64,000 nt of DNA from Spirochaetia bacterium. Its GTDB lineage: Bacteria; Spirochaetota; Spirochaetia; UBA9216. Numbering within the stretch: the first letter of the stretch is position 1; every line of letters begins with the position of its first letter. The notes below the pieces were generated by a model. The model was given only the letters and a program-made list of their open reading frames with translations. It had not been told where the DNA came from and ran no database searches. The DNA lies in NCBI GenBank assembly GCA_965140585.1, contig OZ223264.1, forward strand, positions 64,001 to 128,000, written 5' to 3'. Of this stretch, positions 41,564 to 51,844 are shown one piece after another. Made by a program: the position numbers and the translations under genes.

Positions 41564-43094
41564 TTGCCGCCTCCTCTTTTTTTACTCCAAGCATATAGGG
41601 GCCAAGGTCTACATCGTTGATTTTTGAAGCATCCTTGAAATGTCCGGTGATCTGTCCGTTGTATATTGCAATTACCCTGTTTGAAAGTTTAAGAACTTCA
41701 TCAAGGTCTGCAGATATCAGGAAGATGGCTTTGCCTTCATCCCTGGCTTTTTTCAGCAGGTTGTGAATAAGTTCTTCCGAGCCTATATCAACACCCCTGG
41801 TAGGCTGTGATGCGATTATCACCTCCGGGTTTGAAGTAAGTTCTCTTGCAACTACAACTTTCTGAATGTTACCGCCTGAAAGCGAGCCGACACTTGTTTT
41901 TGAGTTCTTTGTAAGAATGTTGAACTGCTTTATCAGGTCCTTGCTCTGCTGGGCTATATATTTCCAGTTCAGTTTACCCTTTGAACTGTATTTTTCCATG
42001 TAGTATCTGTCAACTATAAGGTTTTCTTCAACAGATGTTACTTCGGCAACCCCGTTTTCCATTCGGTCTTCGGGTATATGGGCGATACCCTGTTCGCGTA
42101 CCTGTCTCGGTGTTTTCTTTAGGAGTGAAACCCCGTCAAGTGTTACCGAGCCGGAATCCGGTTCAAGAAGGCCGGCTATGATTTCGGCAAGTTCTGACTG
42201 TCCGTTTCCTTCAACTCCGGCAAGGCCAAGAATTTCTCCTGCCCGGATATCAAAATCTATACCTTTCAGGATTTCCACATTGTCTTCGTCTGTATATTTC
42301 AGGCCTCTGACTGCAAGCTTTGTTTTACCGATCTTGTCGGGAGCCGGAATTCTCTCGGTATTTATTTCACGGCCGACCATCAATGAGGCTATTTTTTCCT
42401 CATCAAGGCCTTCCATATCCCTTGTAACAATAGCCTTTGCATCACGCATGACAGTTATACGGTCGGCCACACGGGTTACCTCGGAAAGCTTGTGAGTGAT
42501 AAAGATTATGGTTTTTCCAGCAGCCTTGAGCCCGTCAAGGGTTTTAAAAAGAACGTCAGTTTCCTGGGGAGTCAGGACTGCTGTCGGCTCATCAAGAATC
42601 AGTATCTCTGCATTCCTTGCAAGGGCTTTAAGAATTTCCACCCTCTGTCTAACGCCGATGGCCAGGTCCTTTATCTTCTTTTCTGCGGGAACGGCAAGGC
42701 CGTATTTCTCTGCTGCCTCTTTGCAGACTTTGACTGCTGACTGGGAATCAAGAAAGAGTTTTCCCTTTTTCGGCTCCATGCCGAGAACCAGATTTTCCGC
42801 GACCGTTAGATCGGGAGCAAGCATCAGGTGCTGGTGCACCATTCCTATTCCGGCGGCTATAGCGTCACGCGGATTGGAGAAGCTTACCTTTTTCCCCTTG
42901 TATGTGATACTTCCGTCCTGATACGGAGTAATACCGAAAAGGACTTTCATAAGGGTGCTTTTACCGGCACCGTTTTCACCTACGAGGGCATGGATGCTGT
43001 TTTCCTGCACATCCATAGATACATTCCGGTTTGCTATAACCCCGTCGGGATAAACCTTGAAAATATCTTTTATCTCCAGGATGTTGTTTTTCAT
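41544..43094 (-). CDS. Nucleoside/sugar ABC transporter ATP-binding protein (CUT2, two NBDs)
   Basis: GENGAGKST, ILILDEPT, THK, LSGGNIQK, QPTRGVD. Confidence 0.93.
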   Translation of the reverse strand: MKNNILEIKDIFKVYPDGVIANRNVSMDVQENSIHALVGENGAGKSTLMKVLFGITPYQDGSITYKGKKVSFSNPRDAIAAGIGMVHQHLMLAPDLTVAENLVLGMEPKKGKLFLDSQSAVKVCKEAAEKYGLAVPAEKKIKDLAIGVRQRVEILKALARNAEILILDEPTAVLTPQETDVLFKTLDGLKAAGKTIIFITHKLSEVTRVADRITVMRDAKAIVTRDMEGLDEEKIASLMVGREINTERIPAPDKIGKTKLAVRGLKYTDEDNVEILKGIDFDIRAGEILGLAGVEGNGQSELAEIIAGLLEPDSGSVTLDGVSLLKKTPRQVREQGIAHIPEDRMENGVAEVTSVEENLIVDRYYMEKYSSKGKLNWKYIAQQSKDLIKQFNILTKNSKTSVGSLSGGNIQKVVVARELTSNPEVIIASQPTRGVDIGSEELIHNLLKKARDEGKAIFLISADLDEVLKLSNRVIAIYNGQITGHFKDASKINDVDLGPYMLGVKKEEAASGKMDS

Positions 43095-43151
43095 ATTTCC
43101 TCTTTTATTAGGAAGTAAGACCCCTTAAATGATAGTGGGGTACGCTGATGT

Positions 43152-43185
43152 AAAAGAAACCCGGAACAGGCTGCGCTGTTCCGGG
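43152..43185 (-). terminator. Intra-operon stem-loop or terminator after the binding-protein gene
   Basis: On the minus strand CCCGGAACAG-cgcagc-CTGTTCCGGG followed by TTTCTTTT. Confidence 0.75.
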
Positions 43186-43202
43186 CATATGTATTAGTTA
43201 AA

Positions 43203-44279
43203 TTAGAAAGCGGATGAAACCTTGATTTCTCCGGCAAGAATTTTCTGTTCAATTTCATCAATCTTTGCCTGGAATTCTTTGGGTACTACCTTGAGGTAGT
43301 TTTCATTTTTGGCAATACCTACACCGCCTTCGGCAATACCGAGGTATTCAGCTTCGCCGTAAACAAGTGTTCCTTCCTGATGCATCTTGATTCCTCTGTA
43401 AAGAGAGTTACCAACATTTTTAAGCATTGAAGTGATGATATTTGCAGCCTTTTCAGGATCGCTTTCTGCAAAAAGTGCATACTGGTCAGAATCTACACCG
43501 AAGGTGTATTTGCTTCTTTCTTTTGCAGCATCGAGTCCGCCAAGTCCGGTTTCTCCTGCTACGTTAAAAGAAATATCTGCGCCCTGGTCAAAGAATGCGA
43601 GGGTAAGCTCTTTACCCTTTGCAGGGTCATTCCATGCTCCTGCATATGCAACTTTAACGTCGATTGCAGGGTCAATGTAGGCAGCGCCTTCCATGTATCC
43701 GATTTTGAAGTCGTTGATAACGTCAATATCCATACCGCCGAGGAAGCCGATTGTCTTGTCTTTATTTGCTTTAGGCATCGCTGATTCAGTAATCATTGCT
43801 CCAAGAGCTCCTACGAGGAAAGATGCCTCATTCTGCATATACATGATTGAGTATACGTTGCCGAGGTTTCCGTTGCTATAGGTTACTGTTGTGTCGTATG
43901 TAAAAAACTTTTTGTCCGGATGCTGGGGAGCCAGCTTTTCAAGAATTTCCTGAGTCTGCCAGGTTCCTGCAATGATTATGTCCCAGTCACCTTCACAAAG
44001 CTGAGTAATATCCGGTTCCCATCTTGAAGCGTCGTAACCGCCCTCAATTACCTTAGCTCTGATTCCGAGATCCTTTTCAGCTCTTTTTACACCGTCTGAT
44101 GCAGAGTCAAAAAAGGATTTGTCGCCGAGTGTTCCGTTTAGATACAGAACAACCTTAAGCTGTTCAGCTTTTGCTGAGCTGTCTGTTGAAGCGCCTTCCT
44201 GACTTCCGCCTGCGAATACGGTTGTGCCTGCGAATACCATCAGGATGCAGATGAGTACTGAAATGATAGTTTTTTTCAT
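43203..44279 (-). CDS. BMP family nucleoside ABC substrate-binding protein
   Basis: LGDKSFFDS, EASFLVG, WNDPAKGKE, GVDSDQ, TSMLKNV; spirochaete-type FAGGSQE signal; start chosen at MKK. Confidence 0.9.
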   Translation of the reverse strand: MKKTIISVLICILMVFAGTTVFAGGSQEGASTDSSAKAEQLKVVLYLNGTLGDKSFFDSASDGVKRAEKDLGIRAKVIEGGYDASRWEPDITQLCEGDWDIIIAGTWQTQEILEKLAPQHPDKKFFTYDTTVTYSNGNLGNVYSIMYMQNEASFLVGALGAMITESAMPKANKDKTIGFLGGMDIDVINDFKIGYMEGAAYIDPAIDVKVAYAGAWNDPAKGKELTLAFFDQGADISFNVAGETGLGGLDAAKERSKYTFGVDSDQYALFAESDPEKAANIITSMLKNVGNSLYRGIKMHQEGTLVYGEAEYLGIAEGGVGIAKNENYLKVVPKEFQAKIDEIEQKILAGEIKVSSAF

Positions 44280-44426
44280 TCCATAATCCTCCAATTTAAG
44301 TATTACTTCAATTGTAGTTTGCTTCATACTTTATGTAAACCAAAAAGTTGTTTATAAATTTTGTGCTCATGTTTGAATCGCGGGAGATCGATTTTATTTA
44401 TATAAAAGTAAATTTGAGGAGAAAAA

Positions 44427-45152
44427 ATGAAATTAAAAATCAAAATTGCAGCAGTCATTGCTCTGATTGCTGCAGTCAGCGGTTGTGAATGGTTTGGTGC
44501 AACAGATGCTGCGCTGGAAGAGGCTGTGCAGGGAACCTGGCTGGTTTCTGTTCCGAGTGCATTGAGTGCCTTTTCCGGTACAAAACGGATTTTTAACGGT
44601 AATAATTACGAAATCTATTACTATGATACAGACAGTTCCCGTTATGTTCTTGTGGAGTCCGGAACCTTCAAATTCAGCGGCGGGGTGATGATTGAAACAG
44701 CTGAGAAATTATACAGTAACGGAGCACTAATAGACGCAGGTGAAGGGTACCTTGTTAAATGGGAATATCCTTCTTTTTATGTGAACGGGGATATTCTTGC
44801 GGAGGCTTCATATACGGGAAATTCCGATGAACTGATAGGAGTTTGGACAAAAGACCTCGAAGGTCCATTCTATGCGATGGGAAGTGCCGGTTTATACAGA
44901 TATTCAGAATATCGAGATTATGTTCTGGAGTTTGACTCCTATTCAGGCCGCCTGGATTACTCAGGATCCATTTATTACCCCACAGGCGAACTATATGAGA
45001 GTAACTCTTATTATGCAAATTATGATGACTTTTCTTATGCAGGGACCGAATGGACCTACACGTACAATTCAGAGACCTACTATGTAAAAAGTAAAATCAT
45101 AGCTGAAGGAAATCAAAACAGGCTATTATTTTCATATTATGAAAAACAATAA
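44427..45152 (+). CDS. Hypothetical Tyr-rich lipoprotein (two lipocalin-like beta units)
   Basis: Lipobox VSGC; repeated vqGtW / liGvW strand starts. Confidence 0.65.
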   Translation: MKLKIKIAAVIALIAAVSGCEWFGATDAALEEAVQGTWLVSVPSALSAFSGTKRIFNGNNYEIYYYDTDSSRYVLVESGTFKFSGGVMIETAEKLYSNGALIDAGEGYLVKWEYPSFYVNGDILAEASYTGNSDELIGVWTKDLEGPFYAMGSAGLYRYSEYRDYVLEFDSYSGRLDYSGSIYYPTGELYESNSYYANYDDFSYAGTEWTYTYNSETYYVKSKIIAEGNQNRLLFSYYEKQ

Positions 45153-45171
45153 ATTTCCCTACGCGGCGGTC

Positions 45172-45396
45172 TTAATGTCCGCCGCACATTCCTGAACCGC
45201 AGCAGCCCCGCTGATAACCTCCGCCACAGCCTGATGCACAGTCCGGTTTTGCCGAGCCGGTTGAGAATCCGAATGTGCTGAATTTCTTAGTCAGTTCAGT
45301 ACTCCCGCAATTTTCGCATTTTATTTCTGTATCAGAGTTCACTAAAAGTTCAATGTCACTGCCGCATTTAATGCATTTATATTCATAGATTGGCAT
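45172..45396 (-). CDS. FmdB family zinc-ribbon protein
   Basis: MPIYEYKCIKCG...CENCGS...KKFS with Cys/Gly-rich tail; start after AGGAG. Confidence 0.88.
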   Translation of the reverse strand: MPIYEYKCIKCGSDIELLVNSDTEIKCENCGSTELTKKFSTFGFSTGSAKPDCASGCGGGYQRGCCGSGMCGGH

Positions 45397-45404
45397 GGTG
45401 TCTC

Positions 45405-45722
45405 CTACAGGCCCAGCTGTTTGCGCCGGTTCGATAGTACTGTGCCTTCTGCGCATGCAGCCAGATCAAGTACGCAGGGTGCTGTGATCCTGTATTCAAC
45501 CCTTGTTCCTGATTTCTCATCATCAACAAGCCCTGCATCCTTAAGCTGTGAAAGATGCTTTGATGCCGCAGATTTGGGTATTCCTGCCTCTTCTGCCAGT
45601 TCGCATACACACCACGGCTTCTCCTTGAGTTTCTGCAGGAAGTATATTCTCATCGGATGTGATAATGCTTTAAACATATGTGCCCGCCATTCGGCATGCT
45701 CCATTTCTTCTTTACTGATCAT
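45405..45722 (-). CDS. ArsR/SmtB family repressor
   Basis: FKALSHPMR, CVCEL, SKHLSQLKDAGLV. Confidence 0.92.
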   Translation of the reverse strand: MISKEEMEHAEWRAHMFKALSHPMRIYFLQKLKEKPWCVCELAEEAGIPKSAASKHLSQLKDAGLVDDEKSGTRVEYRITAPCVLDLAACAEGTVLSNRRKQLGL

Positions 45723-45731
45723 ACCTATAAG

Positions 45732-45812
45732 GTTTCAAATTCTAGAAACTTTGTCAATATGAAGCCTATGGGCTATTGACTTTTTTGCTGCAAAGTTTCT
45801 TAATAAGGAAAC
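45732..45812. promoter_or_regulatory. Two GTTTC-N8-GAAAC inverted repeats in the divergent promoter (candidate ArsR operators)
   Basis: GTTTCAAATTCTAGAAAC (45732-45749) and GTTTCTTAATAAGGAAAC (45795-45812), each downstream of a TTGAC on its own strand. Confidence 0.65.
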
Positions 45813-45841
45813 AATGAAACTATTAATTTTCAGGAGATAAT

Positions 45842-46081
45842 ATGAAATTACAGGTACTTGGAAGCGGCTGTGCAAAATGCAAAATGCTTGAGGCTTCTGT
45901 GATAGAAGCGGTTAAAGCAATGGGATCAGATGCTGAGGTTGTAAAGGTAACAGACATTGATGAAATTCTCGATATGGGTGTAATGATTACTCCGGCGCTT
46001 GCGATTGACGGAGATGTTAAATCATCCGGAAAGGTTCTTACCCTGGCTGAAGTTCAGGATTTTATAAAAGCGGCTCTTTAG
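45842..46081 (+). CDS. Small redox-active disulfide protein (MTH895/TM0996-like thioredoxin)
   Basis: LGSGCAKC, GVMITPALAIDG. Confidence 0.9.
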   Translation: MKLQVLGSGCAKCKMLEASVIEAVKAMGSDAEVVKVTDIDEILDMGVMITPALAIDGDVKSSGKVLTLAEVQDFIKAAL

Positions 46082-46098
46082 GAACAGGAAAAAACAGT

Positions 46099-47289
46099 AT
46101 GGCAAAAAAGGAACTTGGTCCGAATAAACTGCTTATCATAACCGCTGCGGTTTTTCTCGCAGTGTATTTTATACCCTTTGACACTGCCCGTGTATCCGGT
46201 GCAATTCAGGAAGCCTTTCTGATGCTCAGTGACTACGCAAGGGAACATGTGCTGCTCTGTCTTGTTCCAGCGATGTTTATTGCAGGCGCAATCACTGTAT
46301 TTCTGAATCAGCAGTCGGTTATCAGATTTCTCGGGCCGAAAGCTCCAAAGGCTGTTGCCTACAGTGTGGCTTCGGTCTCAGGTGCGATCCTCGCTGTCTG
46401 CTCCTGTACAGTACTGCCCCTGTTTAAAGGAATATATAAAAAGGGTGCAGGACTTGGTCCGGCCGTCAGCTTTCTGTATTCGGGACCTGCAATAAATATT
46501 CTGGCAATAGTAATGTCCTATAAGGTTTTCGGATGGCAGATTGGACTTGCAAGAATGGCAGGGGCCGTTCTTTTTGCTGTTATTATAGGGCTTGTAATGC
46601 AGTTTCTCTTCAGAAAGGATGAAGAGAAAAGAATGGGTGATGAACGGATGTTCCAATATCAGGATTCCGGTGAAGAAAGAACTCTTCCCCAGATGATGCT
46701 TTATATGTTTTCAATGATCGGTATTCTTGTATTTGTTAACTGGGCGAACTCAAAGGGCGGAAGCAGAATCTGGGATATGATTTACAGCTATAAATATTTT
46801 ATCACTGCAGCCTTTGCTCTTATTCTTGTTTTTTCGCTTGTCCGATGGTTTTCAAAGATGGAACTGAAAATATGGCTGACTGCTACAAGAGACTTTGCCC
46901 TGCAGATTCTTCCCTATCTCTTCTTCGGTGTTCTGGTAGCCGGTTTTCTTTTAGGCAGGCCGGGTCATGATGCCCTTATTCCGACCGACTGGGTTGCATC
47001 GCTGGTCGGAGGCAATTCTGTTTTTGCAAATCTAATCGCATCGGTGGCGGGAGCTTTTATGTATTTTGCGACCCTGACCGAAGTTCCTATTCTTCAGGGC
47101 CTGATTGGTGCGGGAATGGGGCAGGGCCCGGCACTCGCACTGCTGCTTGCCGGACCGTCTTTATCGCTCCCTTCAATGCTGGTTATCGGCGGTGAGCTCG
47201 GGTTCAAAAAGACTGCCGTTTATGTTCTGCTTGTTGTTATACTTTCAACTGCTGCCGGTTTAATTTTCGGCTCGATAACAGGCATATGA
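46099..47289 (+). CDS. DUF318/ArsP family permease
   Basis: AVCSCTVLPLF, FLYSGPAIN, YFATLTEVP, LAGPSLSLPS. Confidence 0.88.
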   Translation: MAKKELGPNKLLIITAAVFLAVYFIPFDTARVSGAIQEAFLMLSDYAREHVLLCLVPAMFIAGAITVFLNQQSVIRFLGPKAPKAVAYSVASVSGAILAVCSCTVLPLFKGIYKKGAGLGPAVSFLYSGPAINILAIVMSYKVFGWQIGLARMAGAVLFAVIIGLVMQFLFRKDEEKRMGDERMFQYQDSGEERTLPQMMLYMFSMIGILVFVNWANSKGGSRIWDMIYSYKYFITAAFALILVFSLVRWFSKMELKIWLTATRDFALQILPYLFFGVLVAGFLLGRPGHDALIPTDWVASLVGGNSVFANLIASVAGAFMYFATLTEVPILQGLIGAGMGQGPALALLLAGPSLSLPSMLVIGGELGFKKTAVYVLLVVILSTAAGLIFGSITGI

Positions 47290-47292
47290 TTC

Positions 47293-47348
47293 GTTTGAAT
47301 AAGAGGTTTACCTCTTATTCAGACATAAAAAACTTGTTTTTTATGTCT
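47293..47348. terminator. Two adjacent hairpins between convergent genes
   Basis: GTTTGAATAAGAGG-ttta-CCTCTTATTCAGAC and AGACATAAAAAAC-tt-GTTTTTTATGTCT. Confidence 0.6.
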
Positions 47349-47667
47349 ACTCGCAGCCGCAGCTTACATTTCCTTTCAGTATTTCCTTCCAGTCGCCTAA
47401 TACATCATGGGTCCAGCAGTCGTCAGCGCCGGCTGCTTCTCTCATGACGAGTGCAAGGATATAAGAAAGCTCTTTAACTGTAGCTCCTGCATCCATAGCA
47501 CCCTTGAAGTGCTTAAGAACACATGGTTTTGATCTTGCCTTGATTGAAAGGGCAAAACATATGAACTGGTATGTCTTCTCATCTATGGTTCGTTTCTCCC
47601 GGTAAAGGGCATCCATCTCATCAAGCTGTCCGGCAAATTCCGGAAAAAATTCTTCAAGCATCCGCAT
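47347..47667 (-). CDS. Carboxymuconolactone decarboxylase (AhpD-like) family protein
   Basis: IDEKTYQFICFAL, CVLKHFKGAMDAGATVKEL. Confidence 0.82.
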   Translation of the reverse strand: MRMLEEFFPEFAGQLDEMDALYREKRTIDEKTYQFICFALSIKARSKPCVLKHFKGAMDAGATVKELSYILALVMREAAGADDCWTHDVLGDWKEILKGNVSCGCE

Positions 47668-47786
47668 TTTGTTACTCCTTGACTGATTTTATAATGTATA
47701 TATCCGTTTGGATACCGGAATTAATTAAGTTTGAATTCAGCAGCAGGATATTATAAAATTCCTGTAGTTGGATTTATACGGGTTTT

Positions 47787-49103
47787 TTGCAGATGAGAAA
47801 AATCTCTTTCAGAGATAATATAATATTTCAGTATACCGCTGTTTCGTTTTTTACCACCTTGATAATTGCAGTTCTTCTGGTTTTGCTGATGATGGGACGA
47901 GTACAGAGTCAGCTGATACGATCACATGGGCAGTTCTACCGAGAGTTTATAAATGCAATCTCTGAAAATTACCGGGAAATACTTCCTGTTTTCAATGGAC
48001 TTAACCCTGTGGGAACAGATGAGCATACAGAAGCAGAACATGAGCATGAGGCTGCAGATGTCTGGGAACACTTCAGGCAGGATTTACAACAGTATCCTTA
48101 TATCGAAAAACTGCTCCTTATCAATACATTTAACGAAACAGTCTGGATTTATCCGGAAACTTCCGATTTCAAAAATATTAATCCCACAGTCAGAATCGGT
48201 GATACAAATCCTGGCGGTATTAATTATAAAATAAATGACGAATCTTCCGACCTGGTTGTTTCTTATTTTCTTCCGGTAAGGGACGGGACAGAGCTTGTTG
48301 GAATGGCCGAAATTATCATCAGAAACAACAATCTCAGAGAGGCCATAAATGAAAGCCGTCTAACTTTTGCAGGCTATATTTTTGCCGGCGGATCTGTTTT
48401 TTACTTAAGTGTATTTTTGCTTTTCCTCAGGCTTTATCTGAAGCAGAAATCTGCACTGGACAGGCTTGAAAAAAGTCAGAAACTCACTATTCAGACCATG
48501 TCTCTTCTTGCTGAACTAAAAGACAATGACACAAGTGAGCATGTTCAGCGTACCAGTAAATACTGCCGGGTTCTGGCAGAGGAGCTGGCGAAGGACAGCA
48601 GATACCGGGGTTATATAGATGAACATTATATAAAAGATCTGGAACGTTCAGCACCGCTCCATGATATAGGCAAAGTCGGTATACCGGAAAATATTCTGCT
48701 GAAACCGGGGCGACTGACAGAAGACGAGTTTTCAGTAATAAAAAAACACCCGTTGCTTGGGGCGAATGTTTTAAAACAGGTAATGAATTCGGTTGAGTTT
48801 CGTTCATATTTTGAGATTGCCTATCAGATTGTTCTGTCACACCATGAAAACTGGGACGGTTCCGGTTATCCGCAAGCGTTGAGTGGTGAAGATATTCCCC
48901 TGTCTGCAAGAATAATGTCCATAGCTGATGTCTATGATGCCCTTACTACCGAGCGACCGTATAAGGAAGCTTTTTCACATGAAAAGGCGGTTGAAATAAT
49001 TCTGGAGGGCAGGGGCAGCAAATTTGATCCGGCTCTTGTGGATCATTTTCTAAATATAGAAAAAGAATTTAAAATGATCTCAGATGTTAAATTTGCCCCG
49101 TAG
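47787..49103 (+). CDS. Membrane-anchored HD-GYP phosphodiesterase
   Basis: Two TM helices flanking a periplasmic domain; LHDIGKVG, HHENWDGSGYP, ADVYDALTTERPYK. Confidence 0.92.
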   Translation: MQMRKISFRDNIIFQYTAVSFFTTLIIAVLLVLLMMGRVQSQLIRSHGQFYREFINAISENYREILPVFNGLNPVGTDEHTEAEHEHEAADVWEHFRQDLQQYPYIEKLLLINTFNETVWIYPETSDFKNINPTVRIGDTNPGGINYKINDESSDLVVSYFLPVRDGTELVGMAEIIIRNNNLREAINESRLTFAGYIFAGGSVFYLSVFLLFLRLYLKQKSALDRLEKSQKLTIQTMSLLAELKDNDTSEHVQRTSKYCRVLAEELAKDSRYRGYIDEHYIKDLERSAPLHDIGKVGIPENILLKPGRLTEDEFSVIKKHPLLGANVLKQVMNSVEFRSYFEIAYQIVLSHHENWDGSGYPQALSGEDIPLSARIMSIADVYDALTTERPYKEAFSHEKAVEIILEGRGSKFDPALVDHFLNIEKEFKMISDVKFAP

Positions 49104-49175
49104 CCATGATACTATAATCCAAAAGCAGTTGTTAATATATTTTGATAGACTCTTATAATCACTCTGGAGGTAGGT

Positions 49176-50801
49176 GTGCTGAAACTATTAATTGCTGATG
49201 ATGAGCACCGTGTTTGCCAGCTTATAGAAAAGATAATTCCCTGGGAGGAGTATGACGTTAAGCTTACGGGTGTAGCCTATAATGGAATAGATGCATTTGA
49301 GCTGATTAAAGAGCTTCAGCCCGACATTGTGATTACTGATATCCGTATGCCGGGGTATGACGGCATCAGCTTAATTGAAAAAACAAGAAAACTTGATTCA
49401 GATATCAGTTTTATAATTGTCAGCGGATACCGTGATTTTGAATATGCACAGAAAGCTTTGAAATTCGGTGCTGAAGATTATCTTCTAAAGCCGATTTCCG
49501 GAGATGAATTAAAAAGGATAGTTCAGAAGGTTATTGGAAAGAAGTTAAAAAATGCTGAGAAAGAGGATTATGAAAGCCGGCTGAAATTCGAACTGAGCCG
49601 AAACAGGGAAACGCTTCGTAGGGCTCTTGCAAAAGAATTTTTAGACAGAGATTTTAACCTCGGGATGAATGATTTTTTAAATCTTCAGGAGTATTACAAT
49701 ATCAGTTTTAAAAGTTTATATTTTCAAACTGTAATTATCCAGCTGGATAATCAGGATGAAAATATTCAATTCGATAATTCTGAAGCTGAAAATACAATGC
49801 TTGAAAAAACAGAGAGCATGATATCCTCGATAATTGAAGGGGCAGTCTGTGAATATTTTTCAGTGATCCAGCGCAGAAGTATTATTTATATTTTGAACAC
49901 TTTTGATACGGAAGGCCTTAATCATAGCGATTTGGAACTTCTGCTGGAGAATTCCTCCCAGAAAATTGCAGAATATGGAAAGTGGACAGCAACAATATGT
50001 GTCGGCCGGACAGTTGAAAAAATTGAGAATCTGAACTTTAGCTTTAGAGAAGCTCTTTTTGCGCGGAAAGATCGAATAATACAGGGCACTGGAAAAATCA
50101 TCAGGTTCAGGGCGCCTATTCATGCAGATGATGACTCCCGTCGCTTCAATTATCCGGTTTTATATGAAAAAATGAAGAGAATATTTGAATCTAATGAAAC
50201 TGAGCAGGTCAAAGCACTGTTTTCGGAACTTCTTGTTTTTCCGCATATCTCCGGTAGAATAAAAAACCCTGAAATTATCAATAATTTCTTCGTCAAACTT
50301 TCTGAAATGTTTGGAGAGCTTTTAATTACCTTTGGTTCAGAAGGTGAAGAAGCCGCTGAACTAAAGAGAAAGACAGAGTTTATAATAGAGATATCGGAAT
50401 CAGTGCCGGTTATCCAGTCAAGGCTATCCGTCCTGTTCTCATCATATCTATCAAGGGCTGCTGCATCGAAAAAGCTGCAAAACTATAAGCCGGTACGGAT
50501 TGCCAAGGAATATATTGAAAAAAACTTTGCTGAAAATATAGAACTCAGTACGGTAGCCGGAAAATCCGGCTTGAACCCTGTATACTTCAGTACTCTTTTT
50601 AAAAAAGAAACAGGTACAAATTTCAAGGAATATCTCCAGCATGTTAGAATTGAGAGGGCAAAGCAGATGCTGGTTTCAGGCAATGACACTATAGTTGCGA
50701 TAAGTGAGAGTGTAGGTTACAAGGATGTCCGTTATTTCAGCAGAATCTTCACACGGACTGTAGGAATAAAACCGAATATGTACAGAAAGATTTATGGATA
50801 A
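49176..50801 (+). CDS. YesN-type response regulator (REC plus AraC HTH)
   Basis: IADDE, ITDIRMPG, YLLKP; C-terminal YFSTLFKKETG and VGYKDVRYFSRIF. Confidence 0.93.
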   Translation: MLKLLIADDEHRVCQLIEKIIPWEEYDVKLTGVAYNGIDAFELIKELQPDIVITDIRMPGYDGISLIEKTRKLDSDISFIIVSGYRDFEYAQKALKFGAEDYLLKPISGDELKRIVQKVIGKKLKNAEKEDYESRLKFELSRNRETLRRALAKEFLDRDFNLGMNDFLNLQEYYNISFKSLYFQTVIIQLDNQDENIQFDNSEAENTMLEKTESMISSIIEGAVCEYFSVIQRRSIIYILNTFDTEGLNHSDLELLLENSSQKIAEYGKWTATICVGRTVEKIENLNFSFREALFARKDRIIQGTGKIIRFRAPIHADDDSRRFNYPVLYEKMKRIFESNETEQVKALFSELLVFPHISGRIKNPEIINNFFVKLSEMFGELLITFGSEGEEAAELKRKTEFIIEISESVPVIQSRLSVLFSSYLSRAAASKKLQNYKPVRIAKEYIEKNFAENIELSTVAGKSGLNPVYFSTLFKKETGTNFKEYLQHVRIERAKQMLVSGNDTIVAISESVGYKDVRYFSRIFTRTVGIKPNMYRKIYG

Positions 50802-51822
50802 CAGGAAAACTCCAATCAGCAAGTCTTTAGCGGTTCTACTTAAACTGCATATAATTTTATTATCGCTAATTGCCCTTGCTTCCTTCTCTCTTCAGTTTGT
50901 GGAAATCCGGCTGGTTCCGGAAGGGCTGATTTCTGTTTTATTCCTGGTCTTCTTTTTTGCAGCGGTATTGTTTTCACTATATAAAAAAGTATACAGACCG
51001 ATTCACCGCATGGAAGATGCGATGGATCTTCTGTCTCAGGGAGATAATGATATTTTTGAAAGTGTAAAACTTGAGCCGGATAACGCGGTACTTTCCATGC
51101 ATTTTTCAGAGCTTATCCAGCTGCTTAAGGATTCAATAGACCGTGAGTATACATCCGACTATCTGAAAAAGGAGGCGGAGCTTAATGCCCTTCAGAGTCA
51201 AATAAATCCACATTTTCTTTATAATGTACTGGACGCAATTCGCGGACATGCTTTGAATGAGAGTGTTCCTGAGATTGCCGAGATGACTGAAGCCTTATCT
51301 AAACTGTTCCGGTACAGTGTCAGTCACTGGGAAAGTGAGGTTACTCTTGAAAGAGAGCTGATAAATGTCCGCAGCTATTTCAAAATTCAGCAATACCGTT
51401 TTAACAACAGGTTTGATTTAAGAGTTTTATTTGATGCCGATGAAAGCACTGCTTTATCCTGTAGAATGCCTAAATTGACGCTTCAGCCTGTAATAGAAAA
51501 TGCAATTTACCATGGTCTTGAAATGAAAATGGATAGGGGCATGGTTACAATCAGGATAAAAGTTTCGGGAAAGCTTCTGCTAATCGAAGTTTCTGATGAT
51601 GGTGTCGGAGTTGAGCAGGATGTGCTTGATTCAATCAATAGTTCTTTTGTCGACTGGAGGGCTGTAAAAGTTTATGAGAGAGAAAGTTCCGGCACCGGAA
51701 TTGCCCTTACAAATGTAAACAGCAGAATTAAGATGATGTACGGAGAAGATTACGGGCTGTACATGTATAGTACAAAGGGGTACGGCACTACAATAGAAAT
51801 ACTTCTTCCATTTATAGAATAG
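50794..51822 (+). CDS. YesM/LytS-type histidine kinase without an extracytoplasmic sensor domain
   Basis: Two TM helices with a loop of about 8 aa; LQSQINPHFLYN, LQPVIENAIYHG, DDGVG, GIALTNV. Confidence 0.92.
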   Translation: MDNRKTPISKSLAVLLKLHIILLSLIALASFSLQFVEIRLVPEGLISVLFLVFFFAAVLFSLYKKVYRPIHRMEDAMDLLSQGDNDIFESVKLEPDNAVLSMHFSELIQLLKDSIDREYTSDYLKKEAELNALQSQINPHFLYNVLDAIRGHALNESVPEIAEMTEALSKLFRYSVSHWESEVTLERELINVRSYFKIQQYRFNNRFDLRVLFDADESTALSCRMPKLTLQPVIENAIYHGLEMKMDRGMVTIRIKVSGKLLLIEVSDDGVGVEQDVLDSINSSFVDWRAVKVYERESSGTGIALTNVNSRIKMMYGEDYGLYMYSTKGYGTTIEILLPFIE

Positions 51823-51844
51823 ACCTGACGGGGGAAATGAAACT

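Noticed and set aside
44280-44426. Purine riboswitch upstream of the nucleoside operon
   Set aside because: Short AT-rich divergent promoter region with no recognisable aptamer core or terminator; an Rfam scan would settle it.
45842-47667. Selenoprotein versions of the thioredoxin, permease or AhpD-like genes
   Set aside because: All redox motifs are encoded with Cys and there are no internal TGA codons.
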